A DNA stretch of 64,000 bases from Stylophora pistillata. Its lineage: Eukaryota. Of this stretch, positions 14,801 to 30,000 are shown piece after piece. Each line of letters opens with the position of its first letter. Position 1 is the first letter of the stretch. The DNA is taken from assembly GCF_002571385.2 (NCBI RefSeq), contig NW_019217991.1, positions 6,896 through 70,895 on the forward strand, read 5' to 3'. A program made the translations under genes and the position numbers. The notes under the pieces are model-generated. The model had not been told where the DNA came from. It worked only from the letters and a program-made list of their open reading frames with translations, and made no database searches.

Positions 14801-17667
14801 ATGTTCATTCATCTTTAAAATGAAATTTTCACCAGATTTGAGAAAATCTATAGGGGAAATACAAAAAGCGACTGAATGCTGTGATCTTTCTCAGTGCAAT
14901 TCAAAATCTTGATCATCAGCTCATTATCTTATTTTTGGATTCGTACTTATTTCATACAGACTACTTCTCGAGGCTTTGCCAAAAAATTATATTTGGTCAT
15001 GTCCGACGGATACTTTATAGCATAAAAATTAAAATTTGAGATCTCGTGACAAAACTGGATTTGTGACAAGTGTTGCTGTCTTTGTTAAAGTGGAATTTCC
15101 CACGATTGCACCTCACTGAGTAGTGCTCAGCCTTCAATAAAGGAAACATTACAGTTTTCGGGTTTAGTTACCATACCTTAGTACCACCAATAGTACTTCA
15201 ATTTATCTGCTAAGATCAGCTTCAAACGGGATTCGACAGTTTTTTCTTGAACAGCGAGTGATAACAAAGGAAACAGCGATATACCCTCGCTAAGGGGTGG
15301 CTGAAAAGATTACAACTAAACATTAAGCTTCCTGGAAAATTCTCATAGGCTCTCGGATAAGCATCAATTGTTTTGTGCTAATAAATATGTTCATCTATTC
15401 AATTGTATTTTTACGTGATACTGTGAGTTGCAGTGAACTTTGATAGAGTTACATTTTCTTGCTGCGAAGACACCTTTCCTTCATGATTGGTCGGTTTTGA
15501 ATGGCGGTCGCCATATTGGAGAAAATTCTATTATGAAGATGTTTGTTGGGTTTGTTCTTATTGGACTGAGAGCACCAATGATCAGCCAATCTTGACTTAA
15601 CATTTTTTCCTGGTCTTGAAATTATTAGTTCTCATGACTTCTTGTAACATATGTCATCGGTAGGTTAAAAAGAATATATTTTGATTAAAAAGTGGAGTTT
15701 GTTTTATCCTCGGTAATGTCGACATTGTTGGTGAAACTTTGGGTTATGCCGGCCCTTTACAATCGAAGCTGGATGAGACAGATCATTTCAACGTAGAAAT
15801 GTAGGCATCACAATATCTCAACATTTATTGGCGATGGTTCTTAAAAATTATCACAAAATATATTGAAAGTGCTTCTAACTTTCATGATTTTCCAAAATAA
15901 ATGAAACATTATCTACATGAGTGACATGCAAATCGCGCAAAAAGACTCTTCAAATACAGAACTGAGTTTGACAGAAGGAGACTGGTACAAAGCCAACCAG
16001 CAGAGAGGATCGACACATGACAGTCACAGCAATTGAAAACCAACCACTGATTACGCATCACAAGGTGATTCCAATCATTGGCATTCATCGCTTAAAGAAC
16101 ACTGTCAGTAGGTAGTGGTCATGTCACCGTGTATGTTAGATTTGACAAATTCGTGATATAAAGAACTTAATACTCGACTATTATCTTCTTACTCCAAGAT
16201 AAATCAATAACCTCATAGGTTTAACCACAGCTTTAGAGGTAAAAATCACACAGGCAAGCATCGTTTCCGGAGGTCATTACTGCATTCGTGAGCAATGCAT
16301 TAAGTCTTAATTAGCAAGCTTCTAAGATTAATTAAAGGACGGTTTGATTTTATTTTGATTTGTGTAAGTATATGGGCTCTCTCGCAATCTCCCTCAGCTC
16401 GAAGAATCTGTGTCCTAAAAAACTTAAGTTCTTTATGATTTACATCATTTTCTTGATGCCAAGTGAAAATGACACCATTTCAGTACGAAAGCAATTCACT
16501 CAAAAAAGTTCATCCTACGAGTTTTTCCTTTAAGTTAGTTTACAGTGATTTGACTCAATTTAGCTAAAAATTCGAGCAATTAATTAGCTGTAAATCAAAA
16601 CATTAATTTTTGCGATTATAAATCTGCGTGTGCAAATTATATCCAACGAATCAAGGTATCAGAAGATACCTTAATTTAATTAGAGTTCCGACGACAGACG
16701 TTCTTAGAGTAATTCCTTTCCGCCGATGCTTGCTTTATATGATTTGAAGATTAAAGAAAACAAAAAAATTCAAATTCTCGTTAGACAGCGCCGCTCACGA
16801 ATAGAAAATGATCGTCAGAATTTCTTTCCATCAACCATAAGCGGTCAAAAGATGCGATCCCCAATAAAGGAAAAGAAACAGTAAAAGAAACAGTAGGAGA
16901 TTAAAATATTGACTGAGAGCGATGGATTATAAATAAGTTGTATTGGTGGTCGGTTTAATGAGAATCTTCAACTGGAAGAACCTTTGCAGGCGCATGGGTT
17001 ATTCTGAGCCACTTATGGCAATTTATGCATCAGTAGGTCGGATCGGAATGCATCGTTATCACCACACAATCCTGAAAAAGGCTTCATCATACCAGAGTTA
17101 ATAGAGGGAACTCTGATCAGACCTGACGGTATCCAGTATGTTGCGCACCAAGTTTTTCAGTTCAATCTTGTTTAGCAAGTAATCCATTAATAACAAATCT
17201 CATAAATTATCGGTGCTTTCCGTTTTGAAAATTATTTCCTACTTACCTAAAACCACAGAGGAGCCTTAAAAAGGTATTTAATCCCATTTTTACTTGAACA
17301 ATAACCTATTGACGCTGACATTTCGCACTTATCAATTTAAGTCTCAGTAATACTGAGAAAGCAAACTCTTGCCCAACTTCTGGTAAAATGTAAACTACGT
17401 GGAGCATAGAGCCGCAGAGGAACAGTTTCGTGTTCTTATGAAGCTCATCAATATTCAAGTGCAAGTGCAAGACAATGCACCATTCACTTTTCACTACCAT
17501 AATTTGATTGATGATATCCGACCACCACTAAACCGGCCGTTTCAAAAGCTCAATTATTTGTTTGACGTGTACATCCATCTCTTTACTCCAAATGAGACGT
17601 AATGCATGATATTCCTCACGTTCTCGTGTAGCTACGTGCATCTATATGGTATGGTATCCATCTATAC

Positions 17668-18512
17668 GGGGATGCGTGCAAAACTGCAATTTCGCTCCCT
17701 TTCCTTTATGGGTGAGGACATCGTCCCCGCAGACACCGCCAAAGACCTTGGTGTGATTTTGGATTCTAATTTAACTTACGATGAACACATAATTAAGACC
17801 ACTTCCTCGTGCATGTCCCGCCTCGGCCAAATAAACCGTGTCAAGCATGTTTTCGACAAACGAACACTTTTGATGATTATTAATTCCTTAGTTTTCAGCA
17901 GGTTATTTTATTGTTCCAATGTTTGGTCAAATACCTCAAAATGTAATGTTAACAAGTTACAGGCAGTGCAGAACTTCGCATGCCGCATTGTTAGCGGTGC
18001 GCGTAAATTTGACCACGTTACACCAATTCGCTAGGAACTAAATTGGCTTTCAGTTCAAAGCCAGCTTTACTACCGGAACGCTACTATGGCCTTTCGATGC
18101 ATGACTGGTCAGGCCCCAGAATACCTCTCATCAAAATTCATAAAGCAAGCCGAGGTTAGTCGACGTAGCACCAGAAATTCGCAGCTTTTGCAAATTCCAT
18201 TCTTTAGAACAGCTAGCGGTCAGAGAACATTTTTCTATAGAACTGTAAACTTATGGAATTCTTTGGATAATTCCTTTAAACTGTGCAACTCCGTTAATGT
18301 TTTTAAAAAACGTTTAAGGACCAAATTACTTAAAGAGTTGTAATTTTACATATGTGTTTGTATGCTTTTGTTTTTCTTTTAGAACATTCAGATTTTAAAA
18401 CACTTTTAATTGTAAATGGGACTTTTTAATTGTAATAGGAATATTCTTTATAACATTGTCTTTGAAAAGCCTCCTTGGGGAAAGTCAATAAAGTATGTAT
18501 GTATATGTATGT
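17668..18512 (+). mobile_element. 5'-truncated CR1/L2-group LINE (RT C-terminus + 3' UTR + (GTAT)n tail)
   Basis: AKDLGVILDSNLTYDEHI, LVFSRLFYCSNVW, KLQAVQNFACRIV, FDHVTP and RTASGQRTFFYRTVNLWNSL are typical CR1/L2 ORF2 C-terminal motifs. The ORFs at 17606 and 18086 are in the same frame, split by one TAG at 18032. Ends with AATAAA-GTATGTATGTAT. Confidence 0.9.
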
Positions 18513-18653
18513 ATGGTATGGTATCCATCTGTATGGTATGGTATCCATCTATATGGTATGGTATCCATCTATATGGTATCCACGTTATGGTGTATGGTAT
18601 CCATCTATATGGTATCCACGTTATGGTGTAGCTGCATGCATCTATATGGTATG
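18511..18653. repeat. Minisatellite of ~20 bp units (TATGGTATGGTATCCATCTA / GGTATCCACGTTATGGTG)
   Basis: Directly visible tandem units; one unit also lies 5' of the LINE at ~17645-17665. Confidence 0.85.
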
Positions 18654-19757
18654 AATCAAGGCTAAAACCAAACCTATCAATAAATTGCATGGGAACCAAA
18701 GCGTCATAAGGCCGCAATATGTTAAATGGAACTACCATAGCTTCATGGTTTTATTTCTCCTATTCACTACGGAGTATTTTTCGATAAAGAGGGCTCTTAA
18801 AAAGGTTGAAAGGTGAGCCCATCAACAAAAGGTGTTAATTTGCAAATGTTAGTACTATATGCAATTATTCAGTCGCTCATTTTGCTATTTTGGTATAGCA
18901 AGTCAATTTGTGGAGATTATCCATAGAAAAGTCATGACTTTCCTTGCATTTTCTAACACACAAGTTCCCCAATTAGCATACCTTTCAACTCTCTCTACCA
19001 AAACCTTATCGGAAAAAATAACACAGTGACCCAAAAAGACAACTGTAAAAAAAATAAAAAATAAAAAAAAACAGGAAAAAAATAGAATAAAATCGATGAA
19101 TAGGAAAGGCAGCAAAAGGAAAAAATTACGGGGAAGAGTTGCTGGGCCCCTTAGTGATTTCGAGAGTTACTACTCCTCGTCTGCCGGCTGCAAATCATAC
19201 TCAGGTAGAAGGCATTCGGCCCCTAAGCCAGATTTGAATGGGGAGAGGGGGGGGGGGAGAAGAGTCGAGAAAGTTTGTCTGACTGAGAGTACAATCGAGC
19301 TTTTACGGCCAATATTACAATAAATGAACCATACAGCTTATGTCGCAATGGCGGATGGCCACGCTTGCCGGGGCTCGTTAAACATTACGACTAAGTAGCC
19401 ATCAGAGCTACCTTAAATATAGACACACCTTTAGCCTGGAAGCAGGCGAAGAGATAAAACGCCAAAAACATTCGTGTCAAAGCTTATCAGTATTTTTGTG
19501 TTGGGACATTTTTACATGAAACGTTCACATCCCATTCCCACCAATTCCACCTTATACTCGGTGTCGATATCGAGGCTGAGAGCAGAGGACACCCTACCAA
19601 ATAATTTAAAAGGAAAATAATTACCATTGCTAATTTATCCTTGAGTTTTTAAGGAAAGAAATGGAAGCTGTTACATCTTTCTGAACAGAATTTAGGGCGA
19701 CCCCATCCAGGCCAGGGCTTGTCTTACTTTTACTGCTCTTATCAGACCAAAGAATCA

Positions 19758-19911
19758 CACGTCATCGCGACTGAAATTTTGGCGGGAAGATGACAATCAG
19801 TTCCAGTTCTCAAGCGATAATTAACAAATATGGCGGACATAACCAATGGCGACAACTTCTTGTTGTAGACTTATCGAACTAAAAAGACGATCAATTGAAA
19901 AATATGGCGGC
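19758..19911 (+). promoter_or_regulatory. Putative SPIDR promoter: E2F-type site TTTTGGCGGGAA (19777-19788) and YY1-like AATATGGCGG motifs
   Basis: CpG-enriched patch just before the first candidate SPIDR exon; motif matches by eye. Confidence 0.45.
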
Positions 19912-22900
19912 AAGTACCTTCAGGTAAACTTCTATACAGTTATGTTGCGCATTCCACGTCCCGTAAGAGTTGAGGAGCCGGTGAATCTGATTATTTCGTG
20001 GATTGGATTATTACCTAATGTCTTCGATTTCTAACGGCCCTTAAATCTTACATTGTTAGGACACATAAACGGCTAGATCACTAAACCAGTTACTCAGGGA
20101 TATACTGCAGCGATACTTTTCCTTTCGTGAAAACAATATTTTTGTTCGCAAGAGAGGCCACAAGTTACTTTACAACAGTAATTGTCACTGTAAGTAAGCT
20201 CCTGACGTGACAAAAAAAAAGAACTCTTTGAGCACTCTATTTTTAATTTTCCTTTCGATCATAAGTTTTTGTAAAATTTTTAAAATAGAATTAAGCTTGA
20301 ATCACGAAAAAAAATACGCACTTTGTCATTCTAAAAGTTTATAAGAAGTGCCTCGACTTTTGTTCTGTTTGTTTATTTACTTTTCTGTCAAGTTTTGTCT
20401 GCTTTGAAATATTGCGTTACTTGTCATTTATCAAATAGGCTTTGAACTTGAAAGTTTATTCGTTGCAGGAAGGTCAGTAAATTATATCATTCCCTTACTG
20501 TTTTCTTCTTTTCTGTAGGATCCTGACTAAGGAATATGGTGATGATGTCTTGGAACAATTTTGAGGAGTTTAAGGTTGCCCACAGTTTTGGGATCCAAAC
20601 TAATGTCAATAGTTAGATCTTTCTAGATGTTACAAAACATTTCAATTTGTTGGCCTTTTCACACATGAAAGCAATGCGTTAACAGTTCAAAAATTGTAGT
20701 ATCAAGAACACTAGTGTTTAGTCTGTTTTTAAGAAAGTAAAACTCTCTCTAAAGGAGGTAAATGACAGTATTTTTATCTTTTGTAAACAAAAGGGTAAAT
20801 TTAAGGCCTGGGTACATTACCATTTTGTGTCAGATTTGAAGTCGCTGTTTAAAACATGATTATGGGAGGATAATCTACATTTTTCTAATTCAAGTGGTCT
20901 TTTCCTTGTATTGAACAGAGATTTACCAGAAGTGGTGCAAATGTTAGGAAAAAGAGGCCTGCATCTAGTGTAGGTAAGTGTGGAGCAAAGTGGATATGAG
21001 TAATAAATTTAAACCCTGCATTAGTGAGTGTTGTTAACTAAACTGTAAACTGATTTTATGTTATTGTTTGGTTTTGTCCTGGGTCAAATCATAGTTTGCT
21101 TTTTTTTTGTGACTCATGGTTGCAATCATATGTTACTGCAACCAACATCACATAAATTAAAACAAGAGTTACTTAAAATTATATACAGCCTATGCTGTGA
21201 CCTTTATGTTTTGGCATTTTTTGTATTCCTTTATTAAGAAAATAAGACAGGAAGTTGTTGCAGAATTTTACAATCCAATGCTTTAAAAGTGAACAATTAG
21301 TTGGAATAATTTGAGAACTGATTGCTACTTGTCAGTTGCTGTTGATAGTCACGGCAGATCATGCGAACTCTTTTCTTTCCTACTGGCCAACATTTTCCCA
21401 GTGTACTGTATTGTGATGTGCTAAAAGAAAACACTTCTGAGTGACTGACTTTATCACCTGTGAACATTGTAAAATGAAATGGGGATATGCATAATGTTAG
21501 ATTTTACACCACATTTTGCCCTTTCAGCTGTCCTTAAACTGAGTCATTTAAATACTCATTCAAGCAAATAGCTGTTCAGTTTTTTAAAGATAAAAGTACC
21601 ATATGATTTATTTTTATGTACTGTACCCGTGCTTGAATACTTTATACTAATTTTAAAATGTTAAGGTACATTCAAGTAAAATCAGTAGGAACTTTCACAA
21701 AACATTTTATGGATGTTCATTGATTATGCTGAACATTGTAAAATGAAATGGGGATATGCATAACTTTAGATTTTACACCACATTTTGCCCTTTCAGCTGT
21801 CCTTAAACTAAGTCATGTACCCAAGCAAATAGCTGTTCAGTTTTTAAAAGATAAATGTACCATATATTGATTAATTTTTTTATCTACTGTACCTATGCTT
21901 GAATACTTTATACTAATTTTAAAATGTCAAGGTACATTCAAGTAAAATCAGTAGGAACTTTCACAAAACGTTTTATGGATGTTCATTGATTACGCTGAAT
22001 CCTATTGCATGAAATAATTTACCTGGCATTTAATTCTCAGGCTGGCAAAACTCTTCGACACGAAAGAGACGACAAACCAGCAGTGACTCAATTTATTATT
22101 CAGTGAGTGTGTTTGGCTGGTTTCACCATTACATTCATGTTTGCAGTACGATAGCTGTTTTGTTACTTTGTTTTTCCTTTTCACTTTTGTTAGACTTACC
22201 CAACCATTAACTGTCACTAAAATCATTTATAATGGAATATATTTTTTCTAAGTCTAAACCTGAAAGTGTCAATGAGATTGAAGGCTTTTCCACTGATGAA
22301 GAAGATGATGTGCTTCTTGATTCTGACTCAGCTTCTACTTTGTGTTTGTGGAGGTAATGATTATCATGATCATTTAAACAGCTATATCAGCTTACTCTAC
22401 AGGTGCAATATGTAAATTTTCCACTGTCAACTTGTTGCTTTTTCAGACCCAAAAGTTCTTTCTTTTAATTATACAGCAATAATACAGGAAAGGAACGTAC
22501 ACCATTGAACAAACATGCATTTATAGTGTTTACAAAATTAATGTCTAAATACGTATGTGCAGTTAACATATATTTGGAAGCAGTGCTCTATATGTTTACA
22601 TGTTAGATATTAGTTACTATAGGTAATGCTTGGGTTTACACCATAAGAATATCCCTCGAGTATCTTGCATTGTTCCAATATACATGTGAGCCATAACATG
22701 AGTCACTATAGACAAATGTAATTTTAATATAATTATCATCAAAAAGTTGAGTGAAATCAGGATTCTCTTTGAGCCAAGGATTATTGTCTAATCTGCATTT
22801 GTTTTCCCTTAGGAATATAAGTAAACCCTCTATCAAGAGAAAGTATTCTGATGTAAGCACATGTGCTGTACACCCATTAAGATCCAATGATAAGTACTTG

Positions 22901-23900
22901 ATCTTTTTAGTGCAACTTATTATTATGTATCATTTCAGGACCAATAGTTCATATAATTTTCAAAAGTTTCATTTGAGTTTCCATGCTACCTGTTCCTTGC
23001 AACTATCTGAATGAATGGAATTTAGTAGAAAAATGAGATGAAAAAATTGTTTGTCAAGCTACTCCTCGTAGATTACTGCGCAGGATTCTGTGCACCTTCC
23101 CTATATTTCCTCAGACTATGATCCAATTAAAAATGAGCTTTCTCTGTATCAAGCCCCTCCCTGAAAATTGGATGAAAAAATAGCTCAATGACATTGAATT
23201 CATTATGTGAAAGATTTTATCTGATTCAGGACTCATTAATTTATTATTGATTTATTATGCTTTGATTGATAAATTTATTGTTGTACATAATTCTGTTTTA
23301 GATATTGTTTAAATTTGTAATATGTAATTTCAGTCATACATTTTTTTTAAAATATGGGAAGCTAGTTCTTTTCTTTTGTAACCTGTTTTATGCCCAATAT
23401 AAAAAAGAGTACACCACTTGAATGTGGTTTACTGTTTTTTTTTTTTTGTTTGTTTGTTTTTTTTTTATACAGTGGAGAAGTCTCTCAGAGAAAAGAGTTT
23501 CAGCATTAGATGGTCAGAGATTAAGTCATACTGACCCTGTGCCAAAGAGTGGGGATGGAGGGGATAACAGAGGCAGTGACTTCATACCTGATGGAGCTCA
23601 TGATCTGCTGATGCATTGTTCAAACACACCCACTGAGGATGAAATTGTTTGGTGTGCAAGTGATGAAGAAGGTAATATGAAATAAAGAAATCACTATAAC
23701 TGATATTACACAGTTTTAAGAACATTTTAAAAAACCTGAGGGTTCTGCAAAAATCTGTGTGGATCATTTTTGTAATGTGCAATTAGGAATTAAAAACTCA
23801 AAATTTTGCCATAGAATTCTCAGTGATTTATTAGAGAAGCTAAATAGTTTTTTTTCATTACAAAGCTGAGTTGAGTATTTAACAATTATTCCACGAGCGT

Positions 23901-23937
<37 letters not shown>

Positions 23938-23957
23938 ATAGCGCCGAGTTGGCTATA

Positions 23958-24017
<60 letters not shown>

Positions 24018-27000
24018 AATCATTATTTTGTAAGAAGAAACTGGATTTTTTAGCTCCCGCTTAATTTTAAGCTGATATGTCCGCTTACCATATTTGTAGA
24101 TCATGGTATATTGGCTGATATACCATAATGGCTAAGCCAATAAAAATTCTTGAATTGCATTATCCAATGATCTAGTTTTTAATAATAAGAAATTAGACAA
24201 CTTTGATTTTTTGGGTTCAAAATCAGAGTTGTGCTTTAAAGGATTTTTACAACTGAGATTTTTTTGTGTAAAATATAATTTTGCTTCAGTCCTCCCACAA
24301 GTAATATACCCAAAAAGGGCTTTGATCTCATCTGAAAACTAATTTTCACCTGCTGTTTTGGATCCATAGAATTACCCTGCAATGTCTTTGGTGATACAGG
24401 TGGTGATTCAAACGCAAAATGTCTTCTAAGTGAGACAAAACAGGGAGATGTAATAAAATCAAGGATATTAAGCCGTGTCCAACCTACAAGGATCATACCT
24501 GCAAGTACCTCAGTTCAGTTAGCAGTTATATGATACATTTAAAGTCAATTTTGGTGGAGGGAGTTGATATCAGTTTACTGTCTCTTATTGTACTTGATTA
24601 TGAACTTAAAGAGGGGGGCATTGGGCCTCTGGGAAACCGCAAAACCGGAGAAAAAAACCTCCAAAACCGAAAAACAGATGAATAAAGGCAGCAAAACTGA
24701 AAACCGCACGCAAACCTGACAAAACCACTACACTTTCACCTTTAAAGGGGTAAAAAAGGAAAGACCGAAAACCGCATCAGAGTTTTCGTGAAAACGACAT
24801 CAGAGTTTTTGTGAAAACCGAAACCCGAATGCAAAAACATGTAAAATCTGCAAACCCGTCTGAACATCAAAACTGAAAAACCAAACCTTTTTGGCCCAAG
24901 AACCGAAAAACCGATCCAAAAAACAGTCTAAAGGGAAATTCCCAAAGCCCCCCTCCTTAAACATAAGTTACATCCCAGAGTATTTTAGGAGGATTCTTTT
25001 GAGTAGAAATATAACCCTCATTTGTGTTTAACACACAAATGAGTCCAGTTTGTTTACATCAATATAGCTGTGCAATTCCTAGAGACCCACTGGTACCCCA
25101 GTACCCTAAGTTTTTCATTTGAAATATGAATGTTTGCTATTGTTTCACAACTCTGTGATGCAGTCAGAACCGCCTCCCGGTTAGCTCAATGGATAGAGCT
25201 CTGGACTGTTGTGTAGGAGGTCGAGGGTTCAAGCCCCGGCCGGACCAACACTCATGCTCTTAAAATAATTGAGAAGAATATGCTACCTTTCATCTATAAC
25301 ATCAAGAAATGGTTAGATATTCTAGTCTTCTCGGATAGGGACGAATAAATGGAGGTCCCGTCTCGTACAGGGTTAGGGGTAGGAGACGTTAATTTCCCAC
25401 ACACGGGATTATTGTGTGATGGATGTCCTCCCCTGCGGTGGGGATGGGGGGGATTTATTGGGTAGACTACTCGTATGGTTCACATGTTCCGTTCTAGTCC
25501 TACCCTACTGCAGTAATGCAGTGAAAATGGATAGGAAAAAAAAATGCACAAGAGGAATTAGTGTTCTTGAGTACAGCTGAAATTTGTCAAAGTACATGTA
25601 GGATTTGTTTATTGAGAGATAAGCTTCATTTACAATCATGTGGGTTATTTGATAATTAGACCCATAATATGTTGTTTTTCGTTTTGTAGGCCAAGGATGA
25701 AAACATAATAAGTGATTTTGAAACAGATCAAGGGAGTTCACAGGTCTTTGTCATATTGTAATAGTTATTACTTAGTCTTAACAGTCAGAATATACAACCT
25801 AAAGATTTTCTTCAGACCCCCTCATATAAAAAAGAGAACCCTTTATGTTCATTTTTTTAGCTCCATTGTTTTTTTTTTGGTGTTAGATCAGAAGAATCCC
25901 TCAGCAGTGAACTGAAGAATAAACGTGAAACAGTTATTATAATACTGACAGGAAGACTAACTACCATTTTTTTATCAATTTCTCTGAGTCTATGATGTTG
26001 TTTTTTATCTCGTTTAAGTTACTTTTAAAAGTTACCACTACTTTCTAGGGAAACTGCTTCCAAAGACATATGTCCTGTTTTTGTACTGAAAATATCATTT
26101 CTTCCTATTTTCAACATTCTTCTCTTTTTCAGTCAAATAGTATCTGACAAGTCATTGTGTACATTTACTAATAAGTTGAGGACTTTGCCCTCCTTGATCT
26201 GAAAACTAAGCCTTTAAAGATAAAAGAGTGTACATTTTGTTTCACAGGAGTCTTTATCAGCTGACATAACTGTCCTCACCCCCACCCCTGTTAGCCCTGT
26301 TGTTGTTGGGACACCAAAGACTGCCAGTGAGTGGCTTAAACAAGTTCAACAAAATTCCCCTCAGAAAAGTGAAGTGGAGATGTCTCCAGAGGGGAGGGGT
26401 GTTGGTCTGAATTATGATTCTGCCAAGAAGAAGAGAAAATTTTTTAGGTACAAAATTGATATTCTAAATTTCTGTAGAATAAAAGATGAAAATACGGATA
26501 AATACCAATAGATCTTTCTTAAAATGATGCAAAAGAAACTCTCAGAAAACAACATGTACTGAGTCAAATCTTAAAGATTCTGTCACAGATTTTCTAAATC
26601 AATGAACAGAGCCTCTGTGAATGCTATAAGAAAAACACCTGCGGCCCATGGAAAGACAGCTGATTAATTAATGTTAATGGTTATGTTTACATTTACAACA
26701 AAACCTGCCAATGCAGCGCATGACATTTTTTCAGTGTAACTCAATGCACCTGAGTTACTTCTTTGGATTTTGGTTACTGTGTACTCTTATATTCAGGAAA
26801 TTTATAGTTCCCCATAATGAAAAAAATCAATTCTTTTGTGGAGCAATCTGTATTTGAATTACAATACCTGAGTTGGCTTGTGGCACAGTGTGCCTCACTT
26901 CTCATATTAAAACAGCATTCATGTCACAATAGTTTTCATTAGCTGACCATAGATTAAATATCACAAACAAGGCTCACAGAAATTCAATGGGAACCACTAG

Positions 27001-30000
27001 GTATTGCTTTGACACACAGAAACAACCCAGAGCATTTGCCTACATGTCTTGCTGTACAGGATGGCTGTAAACATTAGCTTAATAAGTCTGAGCCTTGCAG
27101 AACCTGTGAGTCATTCAGTCTTTAGTTTCATGGATCTGTCTGCCACTAGAGCTGACTTAGCTTCAAGGTTCTTTAAACAGTCATTATAATGCTCTCATTT
27201 CTATTATGATCAATGTGTGCTTCAGGTCTGGTTTGGCACAGCATTTGCAGCATATCATTTCTCGAGAAAATTCAGAGAAGGCATTCTGGAATCACAGAGT
27301 AACAGAAACAGAACAGAGCCGGAAGAGTAAGCGTGAAAAACTCTCTTAAAGTTGTAAACTCTCTTAAAGTTGTAAACTCTCTTAAAGTTGTAAACTCTCT
27401 TAAAGTTGTAAACTCTCTTAAAGTTGTAAACTCTATTAAAGTTCCCTTTGAAGTTGAGTTGGTGCATCTAGTTACACATCAGGGATGGACCAAGTTCCAG
27501 TGTTGAATTTATTTGGGACAGATTATTGGTACTGGTAATTTAAAATCTTGAAGAATTGTCTTTCATGAAGTAGCATGGTGTTCAACATAAATTCTACAGG
27601 AGGATTTGGAAAACTACTCTTCTGTGTTAAAGATAAAATTAATGCCCTCTTAGTCTTAAAGTGCTAGACAGGTAGCTTGTTTTTACAATATTTGTAGTAC
27701 ATACATGAGTGTTACAGACATCTCCAAGTCAGTATTTAAAACATATTTTTCATCATTCTTGTAGCTAAACCTTCCCAAATGGATAGCTGTCTAGTCGTTC
27801 AGATCATATCTGACCAGCCTCAGGGTTTAATTCATCTGACACAGTGTTTGTTGTGCAGCAAAGAGATAAGTCTCCGACAGAAGTTTCTGTTTGTCCTATT
27901 CACATGTGAAACTTGGAGGCAGTTTGCCTTGCATACTGGAGCTATGGTAAAAATTTATCCTCCATGGTATGTTGAGCAATTTAGATGTGTCATAGGTTCA
28001 GTTGTAATTAGATGGCAGTTAATCCTCCATTACATAAACCTTTTGAACTGAGACGACAAATGACTGTCGTTGACAGGTATTTGTCATCTGAGGGGGCGAT
28101 TAGTTGGGAAATGGTTGAAGAATTTTATCTACACATCACATGAAGAAATTGCCTTTGAATGTTTTTGGAAAGACTGAGGATTGCTATGATGGGGTTAACT
28201 TTGGCAATAAGCTAATAATCAGGCAGTATTGTTCCATTCAATTGTTGTCTCCTTGACTAAGAGCAGCAGGTATCTGCATAAACAGACTGTAATTAACCTT
28301 CATTTTGATAATGTTCTGACCAGATCATATGTTTTGTGGATTTGTAGGCAGAGACTGGATATAACCGGGTGTCCTTGGCCTGTTCTGCTGTGTACATACT
28401 TCTGCGAGCAGCACTCTGCACCCCCGGATCAGTTGCCTGCTAAAAGCTTACAGTCACCCAAAGGTTGTACCCTTTTTCTGTCATTCTTAAATGTATTGAG
28501 TAATAGACTATATACTGTATATCATGTTTTCGAGTGCCAATAAGAAGTTTAAAAGCTACTTTAAGAGGGGAAAAGCAAGTGAATGTGTCTAACAGATAAT
28601 GGAAATAAGTTCTCCTTGACTTGCACTACAAACATCTCGGACATTCAAACAGTAAGATTGTTTCCATCAAACTTCATTGACTTACAGGTGGCTTATGTGT
28701 TCCACTAAACCATGAGTTCAATTCATCACATCTTCATCAATCACCGAAAGAAGTAAGCAAAGAGTTTACCTCACCTTGTTTTCTTTTCATATTGTTTTTA
28801 AAACTCGAAGGTGAAGTCCAAAGTTCTGTTTGTATTTTTCCTCAAAGAATTTCACACCTTCAAAGTTACTGTTCGACGATATTGATGGTGAAAATACCAA
28901 ACAAAATACAAAAGCAGTCACTGTGTCAACATTACTTACTGCTCAGCCTGCTCAACCTGCTCAGCCTGTCAGGTCAAGAAGCAGTAGAGGAAGCAAACCT
29001 GACACATCAATACTCAATGCAATAGAATCCAGTGGAGGCTGTAGTGGAGTGCTTGCCACTTTTCAGTGTTTGGTTCAGCGAGTGTATTGCAAGAAAACCC
29101 AGCTTACAAAGGAAACCGAACGAACACAGAGGTAAAAATTGAAGTAATGAAATGTTAGCCTGTATTACAAGGAAAGAAAATTAACTTGAGCAGAAGTTAT
29201 AATATAAAATGCAAGAAAACGGGAAAGGAAATGTAGATAATTCTGGCTACTTCACCTCAAGTACTTATTACACCTGTACAAAAGGGGAAAAAGGATGGTG
29301 ACAGAATATTCGAACTGTCAATTACATGTGCAATGTTCAAGAAACACGTGGGTGATCAGGAACAAAGTCGACGCCCATCATGCTAACCAGTTTGTGTTAT
29401 TCTTGTTTTATTGATCGATCCAGCTTCTTCTTGTTAAATGAACAACTACGATCACAGGCCAAATCAGTAAAAGAGATTGCTTATGAAGAATTAAGGTGAG
29501 TAAACTGATTTACACAGGTTTTTGCACTGTATCCCTTTAATTGCAGCTGAATCTCATTAATATACCTGTATTTCTCTGGTGTATTTTTTAATAAGTTATT
29601 TTCTGTTTCACCAGCTGGTTTCTCCTGGTCCAAGACGTTCACGGCATGTTTGCTGAAGTACAAGTTCCTGCACGCTTTCAAGACTCCAATGACTGGTCAG
29701 TTTGTAATGTGCTAGTTTTTCTCATACTAACTAAGATAACCTTGATATGTCTTTTATGGGGTCTTTCATTGTCTATCGGTAATGTAAATAATATGCAATC
29801 ACATGACATTGATATCTTTTGCTCCTCAGGAAGTCTTGCATAGCTAATGGGGAAAACCAAGTGTTTGTCTTTTTAAATGTGAAAGTTAGAAAGAGAACCA
29901 ACAGAATAAGGTAAGTTTACAAATATACCACCAACATATCGAATTTCAGTTTTATTCGTAGGTCAGGGGATATTTTCCTTTGCTTCAAACTCCGTGTCAT

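Noticed and set aside
16960-17100. WKNLCRRMGYSE, a death-domain/SRCR-like peptide
   Set aside because: Too short, bounded by stops, with no convincing splice sites.
20519-20564. Poison exon or uORF in SPIDR intron 1
   Set aside because: A good acceptor exists, but there is no clear donor or transcript evidence.
27338-27442. CRISPR-like array or repeat protein (FKRVYN)n ORF
   Set aside because: Head-to-tail 18-mers without spacers in a eukaryotic intron; the ORF is a by-product of an 18 bp period.
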